Assembly (NCBI GenBank): GCA_964351195.1
Contig: CAYGNI010000001.1
Coordinates: 5,575 to 69,574, forward strand
Length of the DNA: 64,000 nt
Direction of reading: 5' to 3'
Source of the DNA: an uncultured Micavibrio sp.
GTDB taxonomy: Bacteria > Pseudomonadota > Alphaproteobacteria > Micavibrionales > Micavibrionaceae
Shown here: positions 20,003 to 30,129 of the stretch, one piece after another
How the letters are laid out: each line of letters starts with the position of its first letter
Numbering within the stretch: position 1 is the stretch's first letter
Notes under the pieces: model-generated
The model's database searches: none
What the model saw: only the letters and a program-made list of their open reading frames with translations
What the model was told of the DNA's origin: nothing
Program-made: the position numbers and the translations under genes

Positions 20003-21385
20003 ATGACTATGGAACAGAACGTATCTAAAAAAGCAAAAGTCTCACTTACTTTAAAGCAAAGTTACATATTGGCCCTATCGCTGATCTTATTGCTTGCGAT
20101 TGTTAAATATGCAGCGATGGAAAGCATGATCAAAACGCAGGACAGTGCTGCCGTTGTTATAAATATGAGTGGTAGGCAACGCATGCTTTCCCAAAGAATA
20201 GCGCTCTTTGCAAATATTATGGTTGCTGAAGGTCATTCACAAAAAGAACGGCAAGCTGCGCGGGCGTCTTTCAACAGAACACTGGAAGAGTTCCAAAGCA
20301 ATCACAACGCCCTGATCAACGGAGACCCTGAAAGACAAATACCCGTATTAGAAAATGCAAATATCTTGGACATATATCAAGACGAAGAAACTGGGCTGGA
20401 TAGCTTAGTTAAACAATATATTGAGGCAGGTCATGCTATTTTAAGTGATAATAGCAATAAAGAGGCTGCATTGAGCTTTATTATGGAGGTCGGCCCCAAT
20501 ACCCTCCTTCAGCAGCTCAATGAAATTGTTATATTACATGAAAAAAACGCAATACAGGATGTTCAGAATATACGAGATTTTCAAACAGTGTTTTTTATTT
20601 TAACGGTGATTTGTTTGATCCTGGAGGCACTTTATATTTTCCGCCCAATGGTCCACAAAATTAAGAAAAACATAGCTGAGCTTGAACATAAGGAAGAGAT
20701 CATCAAAAGTCAGCTTCTGGAAATGGAGCGCTTTACGTATGTGGCCTCCCACGATCTCCAGGAGCCCCTGCGTAAAGTGAGGGGTTTCATCGACAGGCTG
20801 GAAGAGAACCTGGAAGGAAAACTGGATGAAAAAGGCAGGGTCTATATGGGTTTTATCACCTCAAGCGCGGAATATATGAGTGAGCAAGTAAGAGGTCTGC
20901 GCAGATATGCTGCTGTAACAGCGGCCCCCGATACAAAAGAAGAAATCGACTCTGCGAAAGTTGTTAAGCAAATCATAAAAAAGCTGGAAACAAAAATTGA
21001 GCTGACAAAAACGACCATCAATGTAGAAAAACTGCCGGTTGTATACTACAGCCACAATATGCTGATGCAGGTTTTTGAAAATTTGATCGTCAATGCAATA
21101 ACTTACAAATCCCTAGAAGATCCGGTCATTAATATAAGCGCAGATAAAAATAAATCTGAGTGGGTTTTCTGCGTTTCCGATAACGGCATAGGAATTGAAA
21201 AGCAATATTTTGAAAGAATTTTTATGCTCTTCCACAGATTACACAGAAAAGAAGACATACCAGGAATAGGGTTGGGCCTGGCGATTGTTAAAAAAATTAT
21301 CGAAAGACATGGGGGTAAAGTTTGGGTTGAATCCAAATTTGCGCAAGGGACTAAATTCTTCTTCACCGTGCCCGACGAAAAATAG
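20003..21385 (+). CDS. Sensor histidine kinase with PilJ/NarX-type N-terminal sensor segment
   Basis: [13 protein letters not shown] sensor motif. The H-box [21 protein letters not shown] belongs to the same subfamily as the upstream kinase. HATPase G-box DNGIGIE...GIGLGLAIV. Confidence 0.85.
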   Translation: MTMEQNVSKKAKVSLTLKQSYILALSLILLLAIVKYAAMESMIKTQDSAAVVINMSGRQRMLSQRIALFANIMVAEGHSQKERQAARASFNRTLEEFQSNHNALINGDPERQIPVLENANILDIYQDEETGLDSLVKQYIEAGHAILSDNSNKEAALSFIMEVGPNTLLQQLNEIVILHEKNAIQDVQNIRDFQTVFFILTVICLILEALYIFRPMVHKIKKNIAELEHKEEIIKSQLLEMERFTYVASHDLQEPLRKVRGFIDRLEENLEGKLDEKGRVYMGFITSSAEYMSEQVRGLRRYAAVTAAPDTKEEIDSAKVVKQIIKKLETKIELTKTTINVEKLPVVYYSHNMLMQVFENLIVNAITYKSLEDPVINISADKNKSEWVFCVSDNGIGIEKQYFERIFMLFHRLHRKEDIPGIGLGLAIVKKIIERHGGKVWVESKFAQGTKFFFTVPDEK

Positions 21386-21401
21386 GAAAGAGAGTACAAT
21401 T

Positions 21402-23378
21402 TTGACAACGCTGTCATCACCAAAAAAAGAAACAATTTCAGTTCTGCTGTTAGAAGACGACGCCGGCGATGCGCTGATGCTGAGTGAAGATTTATATGAT
21501 GACGCACGCACGCAGTACAGCATCACACACGAGACAACATTGGCCGGCGCCTTGGAAGCTTTGAAACAAAATGCATTCGATATCATTTTGTCCGACCTTG
21601 GTTTGCCGGACTCCCACGGTCCGCAAACATTTTATACCCTGCTGGAAAACACGGACACTCCGATTATTGTTTTAACTGGAGATGATAATGAACGCGTCTC
21701 GTGGAAAGCTCTGGAAGAAGGCGTCCAGGATTACATCATAAAAAATGAACTGGGACGATACGACGTCTCCAGTGCAATCAAATACGCAATGCAGCGCAAT
21801 AAAGTTAATCAGGCTATCAACCAATCCAATCAACTTAAATCCGAATTTCTGGCAAATATGAGCCACGAGATCCGCACGCCGCTCAATGGCATAATAGGCG
21901 CCGCAGACCTTCTACGGCGTACACCACTGACACCGGATCAGGAAAAATATATCCGTATCATCACCAGTTCCGGTGACACGTTGTTGGCGTTGATCAACGA
22001 TATTCTTGATATCTCAAAAATTGAATCCGGAGAGTTGGAGATCAATCCTGAACCAGTCGAGATCAGGAGCTTTATGCATGAAGTGATTCAAGCTATTGCA
22101 CCGCGTGCCTATGATAAAAACATTGAGCTCGCAATAGATTATATAGGTGATGTTCCAGTATCGATCATGGCCGATACTGTTCGCTTAAGCCAAATCATGA
22201 CAAACCTGCTCGGCAATGCCGTAAAGTTTGTTGAGAAAGGGCATATCATTGTCCGTGTTGAAGAAAAAGATACGATCGATAACGTTGTAACTTTGCGCGT
22301 GATTGTCGAGGATACGGGCATAGGTATACCGGCTAAGAAAACACATGATATTTTCGATAAATTTGCTCAGGCTGACGCATCAACAACAAAAAAATACGGA
22401 GGCACGGGACTTGGGCTGGCTATCACGCATAAGCTTGTTGAAATGATGCAAGGGCACATTGATGTATCAAGTGAAATTGGTGTTGGCACAAAATTTTTCT
22501 TTGAAGTTCCTTTTGAGATTGTTGAAAAAAACGATCATGAGGCCCTACAGTCACGAACAAATGCAATGAGGAACCTTAGGGTTTTGATTGTAGATGACTC
22601 AAAAATTAATGCAGGGCACATGTCCCGGTGGTTTGAGCAGGCAGGCATCAGCTATGAATTGGTGGACAATGCTCAAGATGCCCTGGAGCTTTTAAAAACA
22701 AACGCAATGAACAAGACTAAATTCGACGCAGTCATTATCGATCAAGATATTAAGAGTGGGGGCAGCTTACAATGCATACAAACCTTGAAAGCTGATAAAG
22801 CACTTCAGGAAATTAAGGTTATTTTGACTTCAGCGGTATCATCGATGGAAGCAATGGGATCAGGCGAGGATGTATGTGACGGCTATTTAATCAAACCTAC
22901 AAATGACGAAGCTGTGCTGCAAAAACTATACGACATTAAACTACAGAGCCCTGCGCATAAACCTGACTCTGTAAAACAAACGCAAGCCTATGCTTTAGGT
23001 ACTTTGGATGCCAAAGTCCTCTTGGTAGAAAATGAAATGGTCAATCAGATGGTAGCTACAGATATGTTGGAAGGCCTTGGCTGCAGCGTTGATCTGGCTA
23101 GCAATGGCAAAGAAGCGATAGACATGCTGGCGAACAACGACAATGATTACGATATTATATTAATGGATTGCATGATGCCTGTGATGGATGGCTTTGAAGC
23201 AACCATAGAAATTCGTAAACGCGAAATATCCAGCGGCTCACGTCACGTCATTATTGCAATGACAGCCAACGCTATGGCTGGTGAGAGGGACAAATGTCTT
23301 GAAGTCGGCATGGACGATTACCTCGCAAAGCCTGTAAGACAAGAGGTACTTTACGCAAAGCTTCAACAATATCTGTGA
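21402..23378 (+). CDS. Hybrid histidine kinase (REC-HisKA-HATPase-REC-REC)
   Basis: N-terminal receiver ([11 protein letters not shown]...[11 protein letters not shown]), H-box [27 protein letters not shown], and C-terminal receiver [15 protein letters not shown] chose the TTG start after an aggaaagagag SD because the track start at 21285 lies inside the upstream gene. Confidence 0.85.
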   Translation: MTTLSSPKKETISVLLLEDDAGDALMLSEDLYDDARTQYSITHETTLAGALEALKQNAFDIILSDLGLPDSHGPQTFYTLLENTDTPIIVLTGDDNERVSWKALEEGVQDYIIKNELGRYDVSSAIKYAMQRNKVNQAINQSNQLKSEFLANMSHEIRTPLNGIIGAADLLRRTPLTPDQEKYIRIITSSGDTLLALINDILDISKIESGELEINPEPVEIRSFMHEVIQAIAPRAYDKNIELAIDYIGDVPVSIMADTVRLSQIMTNLLGNAVKFVEKGHIIVRVEEKDTIDNVVTLRVIVEDTGIGIPAKKTHDIFDKFAQADASTTKKYGGTGLGLAITHKLVEMMQGHIDVSSEIGVGTKFFFEVPFEIVEKNDHEALQSRTNAMRNLRVLIVDDSKINAGHMSRWFEQAGISYELVDNAQDALELLKTNAMNKTKFDAVIIDQDIKSGGSLQCIQTLKADKALQEIKVILTSAVSSMEAMGSGEDVCDGYLIKPTNDEAVLQKLYDIKLQSPAHKPDSVKQTQAYALGTLDAKVLLVENEMVNQMVATDMLEGLGCSVDLASNGKEAIDMLANNDNDYDIILMDCMMPVMDGFEATIEIRKREISSGSRHVIIAMTANAMAGERDKCLEVGMDDYLAKPVRQEVLYAKLQQYL

Positions 23379-23410
23379 AACAAAAGCTAAGCTACGCAGA
23401 TAAATTCAGA

Positions 23411-23438
23411 GCAAAAAAAGACGGACAAAATGTCCGTC
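23411..23438 (-). terminator. Rho-independent terminator (minus-strand sense)
   Basis: gacggac-aaaat-gtccgtc hairpin. On the minus strand it is followed by TTTTTTT. Confidence 0.6.
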
Positions 23439-23500
23439 TGAATGTTGATGCATCAATCTCACAAATAAGGGCTAGTTACCATGAGAAAGATAATTGGCTA

Positions 23501-23728
23501 TTAGTAATTAGCAGGATTGTCAAAAAAATCCCCTTTGAGTAAGGCAACACAATCCACACTCGCATCAAGAGCCTTTCTGGCCCCAACAACGATACGCTCT
23601 AACTCATCTTCTATGATATGAGCTTGATGTAAAAGTACGTCATCACTTTTAATGTGTTTGATCATGTTACTAACCCTTTTGACAAGAGGGATTTGCATGG
23701 AACATGCCAAAAACGCTAAATGAAACAA
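23501..23728 (-). CDS. Small hypothetical protein (true start probably internal, e.g. MIKHIKSDD at 23665)
   Basis: The only support is an ORF followed by a good minus-strand terminator. No recognisable motif. Confidence 0.35.
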   Translation of the reverse strand: MFHLAFLACSMQIPLVKRVSNMIKHIKSDDVLLHQAHIIEDELERIVVGARKALDASVDCVALLKGDFFDNPANY

Positions 23729-23857
23729 TATTGTTTTAAAACAGCTATTTATACAATTTTTTTTAATTAATAAACTTTACAAAATTAATAAAATGTTTAA
23801 AATTGCAAGTGCATAATACAAGAATAAATAAAAATCGTTGAAAAAAGCAATTAAATT

Positions 23858-25249
23858 ATGAAAAAAGTTTTGATCATTGAAGATGAGCGAGCCATGGCTG
23901 CAACGCTGGAAGAATTTCTGGCACCTGAAGGCTATACGATTGATGTTGCTTATACCGGCAAAGAAGGCCAGAAAAAAATCGCAAAGCAACAGTATGACGC
24001 GGTTTTGCTAGACCTAAACTTGCCAGACATTCATGGCTTTGAAATATTAAAAGCGATTCACAGCGCGCACATGCGTTGCGCAGTGATCATCATCACAGGG
24101 CAAACAAGCATGTCCGCAGCCGTGGAGGCCATGCAGCTTGGCGCACATGATTTTGTGCCTAAACCCGTATCGCCGGAGCGCTTACGTGTGAGTCTTAATA
24201 ACGCCCTGGAGCGCGTCGACCTAAAGGCTATTGTACAGAATTTCGAAAAAATCTCGCGTGACACATTTCAGGATTTCATCGGAAAATCCCCAAAAATGCA
24301 GGCCGTCTATAATGTCATTGAAAATGCGGCTCAGAGTAAAGCGTCGGTATTCATCACGGGTGAAAGCGGTACGGGAAAGGAACTGGCCGCCTGTGCGGTA
24401 CATAATTTAAGTACGCGAGCATCAAAGCCGATGGAGATCTTAAACTGCGCCGCCATCCCGCATAACCTATTGGAAAGTGAAATCTTTGGCCACGTTAAAG
24501 GCGCATTCACCGGCGCAACATCGGATCGCATTGGCGCCGCCGCGCGCGCGGATGGAGGCACGCTTTTTTTGGACGAGTTGGGTGAAATGCCGATGGAGCT
24601 TCAGGCCAAGCTTCTTCGTTTCATACAATCCGGCACATTTATGCCAGTTGGCGATACACGTACCCAGAGCGTCAATTTACGTTTTATAAGTGCAACCAAC
24701 CGTGACCCCCTGGAAGCGATTAAAAACGGGTCCCTGCGCGAAGACCTTTACTACCGCCTCAACGTGATCCCTATAGAGCTACCGCCTTTGCGTGATCGGG
24801 GAGATGATATCATGCTTTTGGCACAGGACTTTCTGCACAAGGCCGCAGATGAAGAAAGCAAGTCGTTCGAGAGCTTTTCAGACGGGGTTAAAAACCTTTT
24901 CATGAATTACCGCTGGTCGGGCAACGTGCGCGAACTGGAAAACACAATCCGCCGTATCGTGGTGCTGAATGATGGCGAAGTCGTAGAGCTTGAAATGCTC
25001 AATGTTTTGGAGCAGGCTGCAGAACATACATTGGACAAACTCGCCGCTGATGCTGGTATCACGCAGCAACCTTCATTCTTGCCTCAACAAGAAGAGCACA
25101 TTAAACCTCTGCAATTCTACGAAAAAGAAGTGATTCTCGCTGCGTTAGCGGCGTGTTCAGGAAATACCACCCGCGCAGCAAAGCGGCTGGACATTAATCC
25201 GGCCACCATTCACCGCAAACAAAAACAATGGAAAAACGCGCAATTCTAA
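23858..25249 (+). CDS. Sigma-54-dependent response regulator (NtrC family: REC-AAA+-HTH)
   Basis: Receiver DAVLLDLNLPD, Walker A GESGTGKE, sigma-54 contact motif GAFTGA, and C-terminal Fis-type HTH GNTTRAAKRLDINPATIHRK. Confidence 0.93.
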   Translation: MKKVLIIEDERAMAATLEEFLAPEGYTIDVAYTGKEGQKKIAKQQYDAVLLDLNLPDIHGFEILKAIHSAHMRCAVIIITGQTSMSAAVEAMQLGAHDFVPKPVSPERLRVSLNNALERVDLKAIVQNFEKISRDTFQDFIGKSPKMQAVYNVIENAAQSKASVFITGESGTGKELAACAVHNLSTRASKPMEILNCAAIPHNLLESEIFGHVKGAFTGATSDRIGAAARADGGTLFLDELGEMPMELQAKLLRFIQSGTFMPVGDTRTQSVNLRFISATNRDPLEAIKNGSLREDLYYRLNVIPIELPPLRDRGDDIMLLAQDFLHKAADEESKSFESFSDGVKNLFMNYRWSGNVRELENTIRRIVVLNDGEVVELEMLNVLEQAAEHTLDKLAADAGITQQPSFLPQQEEHIKPLQFYEKEVILAALAACSGNTTRAAKRLDINPATIHRKQKQWKNAQF

Positions 25250-25593
25250 GGCGCCTCAAGATCCCCAGCCATGCGCTCTATAATCTCAACAGCTGCTTCA
25301 ACATAGCCCAAAAGAGCCGGCGTATCTTCAAAGGCTTGGGAAAAATCTCCATCAATCACTGCCTTTTCAATCCTCTCCGCCATTTGGCCTGTCTCCTCAT
25401 CCCCAATGGTATAAGACAAAGACTTTATATCATGGATGGAAGCCTTCAATGCCTCCGCATTTTGACTCTTAAGGGCGGCTCTGCAGGTATCAATATGAGA
25501 ATTCAAGCTCAAGCTAAAAACACTCAGCATTTTGTGATGCTTGGCATCATCAAAATTCTGTAAAAAATCACGGACTGTATTTTCATTAATCAT
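25246..25593 (-). CDS. Histidine phosphotransfer (Hpt) domain protein
   Basis: Hpt signature SIHDIKSLSYTIG in a ~115-aa helical protein. Confidence 0.75.
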   Translation of the reverse strand: MINENTVRDFLQNFDDAKHHKMLSVFSLSLNSHIDTCRAALKSQNAEALKASIHDIKSLSYTIGDEETGQMAERIEKAVIDGDFSQAFEDTPALLGYVEAAVEIIERMAGDLEAP

Positions 25594-25649
25594 TTAGGTG
25601 ATATAGTGCCTAGCTGAAGTAAACAAATGAGTCTTAGAATATTACTACG

Positions 25650-26036
25650 ATGAGCTACGGTCCCAAACCTAAAATTTTAGTCGTCGAAGATGAATATGCA
25701 ATGCAAATCGTGTTGCGTGACTACCTAGAAGGAGACTACGAGCTTACTTTGGCCGATAATGGACGGCAAGCAAACAAGCATATTAAGACAACTGTATTCA
25801 AGGCCGCGCTGATAGATTTAAACCTCCCTGACATAAATGGCGTTGAAATCATAAAGGCGCTGCACGCTAAATCCTCGAGAACGGCTGTGATCGTGTTAAC
25901 CGGGGATATGTCTGAAGAGGCAGTAAAATCAGTCATCAAAGCCGGGGCAGATGATTACCTGGTGAAGCCTGTAAAAAAACCAATTCTGCTTGAACGTTTG
26001 ACACGCGCCTGTTTGAAAAAAATTATGGATGAATAG
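25650..26036 (+). CDS. Single-domain response regulator (CheY-like receiver)
   Basis: KILVVEDEYAM...AALIDLNLPDING...VIVLTG...DYLVKP. Confidence 0.88.
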   Translation: MSYGPKPKILVVEDEYAMQIVLRDYLEGDYELTLADNGRQANKHIKTTVFKAALIDLNLPDINGVEIIKALHAKSSRTAVIVLTGDMSEEAVKSVIKAGADDYLVKPVKKPILLERLTRACLKKIMDE

Positions 26037-26041
26037 AAGGC

Positions 26042-27283
26042 TTATAACCCTTGCGCCGCTTCTTTTTTCTTTCGCGCGTTGCGTTTTTTAACGACTTTGA
26101 CAACATCAAGATGTTTGAGCAGCCCACGCTTTTCAACAAGATAGAGCCACAAAGGCGTCGCCAGTAAACTCAGCGATATAATCGCCACAACGAATTTATA
26201 ACCCTCTGGCCTGATCGTTTCCGCACTGAGACCAATAGCGGCTAAAATAAAGGAGAACTCTCCGACCTGCGCGAGCGCGGCGCCGGTCACGTAGGCCTCT
26301 TCCTTTTTCATGCCTTGCCAGCGTAGAACGTAGAAATTAACCACGGTTTTCAAAAGCATCGTCATAAACAAAAGCGTGAGCGTCGCGCCGATATTCTCCC
26401 ACAAGAATTTTAAATCAATCAGCAAGCCAATCGAGAGGAAAAACACCATGATTGTGACATCGAAAATCGGCTTTGTATGATCCTCAAGCTCCTTACTTTT
26501 CATAGTATGACCCAAAAGAATGCCCGCTAAAAATGCGCCATAAGCCGCAGAAATACCCATAATACCGGCGATTGCCGCGGCACTGAAACAAAACGCCAGA
26601 GCAGTAATTGCAACCTGACCGCGCATCGCATCGGCTTTGATATGCTCAAACCTCTTCCAGATCCTTTCAAAAATTTTCGGCCGCCGCGTCAGCAAAAACA
26701 TCAAAGCCGCCAAAAGCACAATCGCAAACGCAAGACGGATCAAGCCGTCATAATTAAATCCCTCACCAGTATTGAGCGCCCCAATAATCAAAACCATAGG
26801 GATGAAAGCGAGATCTTGTGCGACCAAAATGCCGACGCTCGATTGCCCGATTTTGGTTTTCCGTAGACCCATATCCTCCAGGATTTTAAGCGCCACTGCA
26901 GTACTGCTCAAAGCCACAGCAAAGCCTAACAGGATACAACGGTTCAAGGGCCAATCGAAAAGCAGCCCCAAGATTGACATGGCGACAAGCCCAATGCCTA
27001 TTTGTGCCGCGCAGGTTACCAAGGAAATTTTCGAAACGGACCGAAACGATTTTAAATCAATCTCCATTCCGACGATAAACAATAACAACAAAATGCCCAA
27101 CTCAGCCAGAAGAGAGACTTCTTCAGGGCTTTGCACAACACCCAAGACAGAGGGGCTCAAGATTAAGCCAACAATGATATAGCCAACCAGAACGGGTTGT
27201 TTAAGTTTGCGAAACAATGCCCCGCCGAGGAAGGCCGCCGCCAAAACTGTCGCTAAATGGGTTAATGCATGTGAATGATCCAC
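26042..27283 (-). CDS. Cation:proton antiporter (CPA2/Kef-type membrane domain)
   Basis: Multi-TM protein with LKQPVLVGYIIVGLILSP and QVGEFSFILA motifs. The start is uncertain: GTG at 27283 after an aaggga SD, while the track ORF extends to 27340. Confidence 0.8.
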   Translation of the reverse strand: MDHSHALTHLATVLAAAFLGGALFRKLKQPVLVGYIIVGLILSPSVLGVVQSPEEVSLLAELGILLLLFIVGMEIDLKSFRSVSKISLVTCAAQIGIGLVAMSILGLLFDWPLNRCILLGFAVALSSTAVALKILEDMGLRKTKIGQSSVGILVAQDLAFIPMVLIIGALNTGEGFNYDGLIRLAFAIVLLAALMFLLTRRPKIFERIWKRFEHIKADAMRGQVAITALAFCFSAAAIAGIMGISAAYGAFLAGILLGHTMKSKELEDHTKPIFDVTIMVFFLSIGLLIDLKFLWENIGATLTLLFMTMLLKTVVNFYVLRWQGMKKEEAYVTGAALAQVGEFSFILAAIGLSAETIRPEGYKFVVAIISLSLLATPLWLYLVEKRGLLKHLDVVKVVKKRNARKKKEAAQGL

Positions 27284-27421
27284 AATAATCCCTTTTTTAA
27301 AAAAACAGTATAACCACATAAGAGTCTGTATGCCATGCACATATCGCGCATGTATAAAGAATAATCTTAAAGGAACTTCATCATTTTATTGCGTGTTGGT
27401 TATCATTAGAGGTTTGAAAAC

Positions 27422-28339
27422 ATGAATAAAAATCCTGCTTATCATATTGTTATCAATCAGGAAGCCGGAACTGTCATAGAGATGGGCCGCGACCATTTTG
27501 AAAAGATGATTGCAAATAGCCCTGTAAAAGTTGAAACGCTCGACTTCTTAAAGCCACAGGATATTACTGCGCGCATAAATGATTTGAACGACAGTGAAGC
27601 TCCAATTCTGATTGGCGGCGGCGACGGTACTATCAAAAGCGTTGCGGAGCTTTGCCTACAGAGCAAAAAATCATTCGGGATTTTGCCATTAGGCACGATG
27701 AACTTGCTTGCCAGAGATCTCAATATTCCCGTTGATCTATCCGAGTCGCTCAGTGGCTATGCCCAAGGCGTCAAAACAGTCAGCATGGATGTTGGCATGG
27801 TCAATCATAAGATTTTCCTATGCTGTGTGGGCTTAGGAACAATGCCTGAGAGTGCGGAGTTTCGTGAGAAAAACAGAACCCAGAGCACGCCGATTTTAAT
27901 ACCGCGTTTGACTGTTTTTGTGCTTGAGCAAATTGACAAGGTTAACCAGCGTCATGTTAAAATTACGATAGATGGTAAAAGTCACTCACTAAAAACAGCG
28001 GCTCTCGTCGTATCGAACAACCAATACATGCCCGATCCGCACTCAGGCGAAGATATGTTTAAACGTCAATCTCTACAAGATGGCGTTTTAGGTATCTATT
28101 CCGCAGCCCCAGCCAATACATGGGACAAAATCCGCCTTATGGCGCGGTTGCGTTTTGGCAACTGGCATAAAGATCCAGTCATTCGTGATTGGGTGGGTGA
28201 AACGATGAGTTTAAAATCTTCAAAGGAAGAAGAGCTTTTATCTTTGGACGGTGAGACCGTCTCAATGAGAATGCCGCTGAATTTTTGGCTACAGGAAAAA
28301 GCGCTAGATGTTCTCGTGCCTGAAGCTGGGGTCCAATAA
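27422..28339 (+). CDS. Diacylglycerol/lipid kinase family protein (YegS-like)
   Basis: ILIGGGDGTIKSV nucleotide-binding motif and GILPLGTMNLLARDL. Confidence 0.8.
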   Translation: MNKNPAYHIVINQEAGTVIEMGRDHFEKMIANSPVKVETLDFLKPQDITARINDLNDSEAPILIGGGDGTIKSVAELCLQSKKSFGILPLGTMNLLARDLNIPVDLSESLSGYAQGVKTVSMDVGMVNHKIFLCCVGLGTMPESAEFREKNRTQSTPILIPRLTVFVLEQIDKVNQRHVKITIDGKSHSLKTAALVVSNNQYMPDPHSGEDMFKRQSLQDGVLGIYSAAPANTWDKIRLMARLRFGNWHKDPVIRDWVGETMSLKSSKEEELLSLDGETVSMRMPLNFWLQEKALDVLVPEAGVQ

Positions 28340-29013
28340 TGAGTAATGCCATTAAATTAACTCAAACGCTTGATTTGCTTCAAGATGATATCAAAGGCTC
28401 AAAAGTGAGTTTTGGTGATGTTGTGGAATCTTTCAACCATAGAGGCTTTGGCCCTTTGCTCTTGGCCCCCGCGCTGATGGCCATTCTTCCACTCGGTGCA
28501 ATTCCTGGCGTACCGGCTTTTGCAGGTTTGTTTATTGCCGTCATTGCTCTGCAGATGCTAATGGGCCGCCGCTATCCGTGGCTACCGCAAAGAATAAAAA
28601 GTTTTTCTTTCAAAAGAAGCAAACTTACACACGCAATCAGAATGGCGCGCCCCTATACACAACGCTTAGACAAAATTCTAAAGCCACGCTTGAGCGTTTT
28701 GAACAGCAGAGTATTTCAATACCTTGCGGCATCCATATGTGTAGTGCTGGCTCTTTTGATGGTTCTTATCGGTTTTATCCCATTTTTCCCGATGATAATA
28801 TCAGTGCCTATTTTGTTTTTTGCGTTGGGTTTTAGTGCAAAAGACGGCGCTATGACACTGATGGGCTTTGCTCTAACCATAAGCGCATTATTGTTAATCG
28901 GCTGTGGTTTGGGGATCTCATGTGTTGATGATAGAATTATTATTGGAGAACCGACTTTTACCGTACAAAACTCATATCTGATTAATTTGGATATGTTCAA
29001 AGATTTTAGATAG
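28339..29013 (+). CDS. ExoD-family exopolysaccharide synthesis membrane protein
   Basis: FGDVVESFNHRGFGPLLLAPALMAILPLGAIPGVP matches the ExoD family pattern. 4 TM segments. The start overlaps the upstream stop. Confidence 0.7.
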   Translation: MSNAIKLTQTLDLLQDDIKGSKVSFGDVVESFNHRGFGPLLLAPALMAILPLGAIPGVPAFAGLFIAVIALQMLMGRRYPWLPQRIKSFSFKRSKLTHAIRMARPYTQRLDKILKPRLSVLNSRVFQYLAASICVVLALLMVLIGFIPFFPMIISVPILFFALGFSAKDGAMTLMGFALTISALLLIGCGLGISCVDDRIIIGEPTFTVQNSYLINLDMFKDFR

Positions 29014-29036
29014 CGACAAGGCTCACGAAAGGACCG

Positions 29037-29831
29037 ATGAAACTCCTACACCTCTCAGACCTGCATTTTGGGACAGAAGAAGACAAAATCTTCGATGCCC
29101 TCAAATGTGCTTTAGAAGAGCAAAGCCCCAATCATATAATCGTAAGCGGCGATTTTACGCAAGTCGCCAGCAGCCGTGAATTTGCGAAAGCCAAAACCTT
29201 TATCCAAAGCCTGCCTGCGCCCGTTTTCTGTGTCCCTGGCAACCATGATATTCCGCGCTATGATCTGTTTGAGCGTTTCTTGAGTCCCTACAGAAAATAC
29301 AAACATTTTATTGATGAAAATTTATGCCCATACTTTTCAAATGATCAGGTTGTGATTGCAGGCATTAATTCTGCACGGCGAGTACTACCCCATTGGAATT
29401 GGGCAAATGGCGCTATTTCAGGGACACAGATACTGAATATCCGTGGCATTTATGATCAGTATGATCCTGATAATACAAAACGCCGCATCTGTGTGTTCCA
29501 TCACCCAGTGCACCATGCCCTCAATGCTCCGATGGATGCTGTTGTGTTTGGCGCTAAAAATGCAATGAATGCCCTTAATGATATGAAGGTCGATCTTGTT
29601 CTGACTGGCCATGTCCATCATGCATCGGTAACAACGATTGGGGATATTGATCACAGAACTCTATACCTGAGTGCTTCCACGGCGCTGTCTTCACGTCGGC
29701 GCAAGCAACAAAACGGATTCAACGAAATTGAAATCAACCCGGACAGCATGAGCATTAAAATTCACGCCCATGACGGAACTGGCTTCAAAATTATTGAAAG
29801 CTACACACAAAGCATACCAGCAAAAAAGTAA
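29037..29831 (+). CDS. Metallophosphoesterase
   Basis: Calcineurin-like motifs LHLSDLHFG, SGDFTQ, GNHD, FHHP and GHVHH. Confidence 0.85.
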   Translation: MKLLHLSDLHFGTEEDKIFDALKCALEEQSPNHIIVSGDFTQVASSREFAKAKTFIQSLPAPVFCVPGNHDIPRYDLFERFLSPYRKYKHFIDENLCPYFSNDQVVIAGINSARRVLPHWNWANGAISGTQILNIRGIYDQYDPDNTKRRICVFHHPVHHALNAPMDAVVFGAKNAMNALNDMKVDLVLTGHVHHASVTTIGDIDHRTLYLSASTALSSRRRKQQNGFNEIEINPDSMSIKIHAHDGTGFKIIESYTQSIPAKK

Positions 29832-30055
29832 AGCCTTCCTTTCTCCATAGGAAAAATGTCCCTACAAAAAATTGAAAAAATCCAAATTGGGCCATGAGGC
29901 GTATAGAGCAAGTAAAAATAAAGCTCTTAATTTGCATAATATCAAAAAATAGTGCCAAATTGCTTTCGTTTCTTGAGTTTTTTTCGAAAAGCCTGTATTG
30001 AAGATAATAATCAGCTTGCAAAAATAAACAATACTATGTAAATAAAAAGATAAAT

Positions 30056-30071
30056 TGGCATGTAGTTTGCT
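30056..30071 (+). promoter_or_regulatory. Sigma-54 (-24/-12) promoter upstream of the RTX gene
   Basis: TGGCAT-gtagt-TTGCT against the consensus TGGCAC-N5-TTGCW, with correct GG/GC spacing. It lies 59 nt upstream of the ATG at 30130 and is preceded by ~220 nt of AT-rich DNA. Confidence 0.65.
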
Positions 30072-30129
30072 ATAAAAGCTGCCTAGCAGCAACCAGGCTG
30101 ACAACGGATGAAAAATCGGAGATGTAGAA

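Noticed and set aside
21285-21401. The upstream extension of the hybrid kinase ORF, which overlaps the preceding kinase by ~100 nt.
   Set aside because: The extension lies in a different frame of the well-supported HATPase C-terminus of the upstream gene. A TTG at 21402 with a good SD gives a normal receiver N-terminus.
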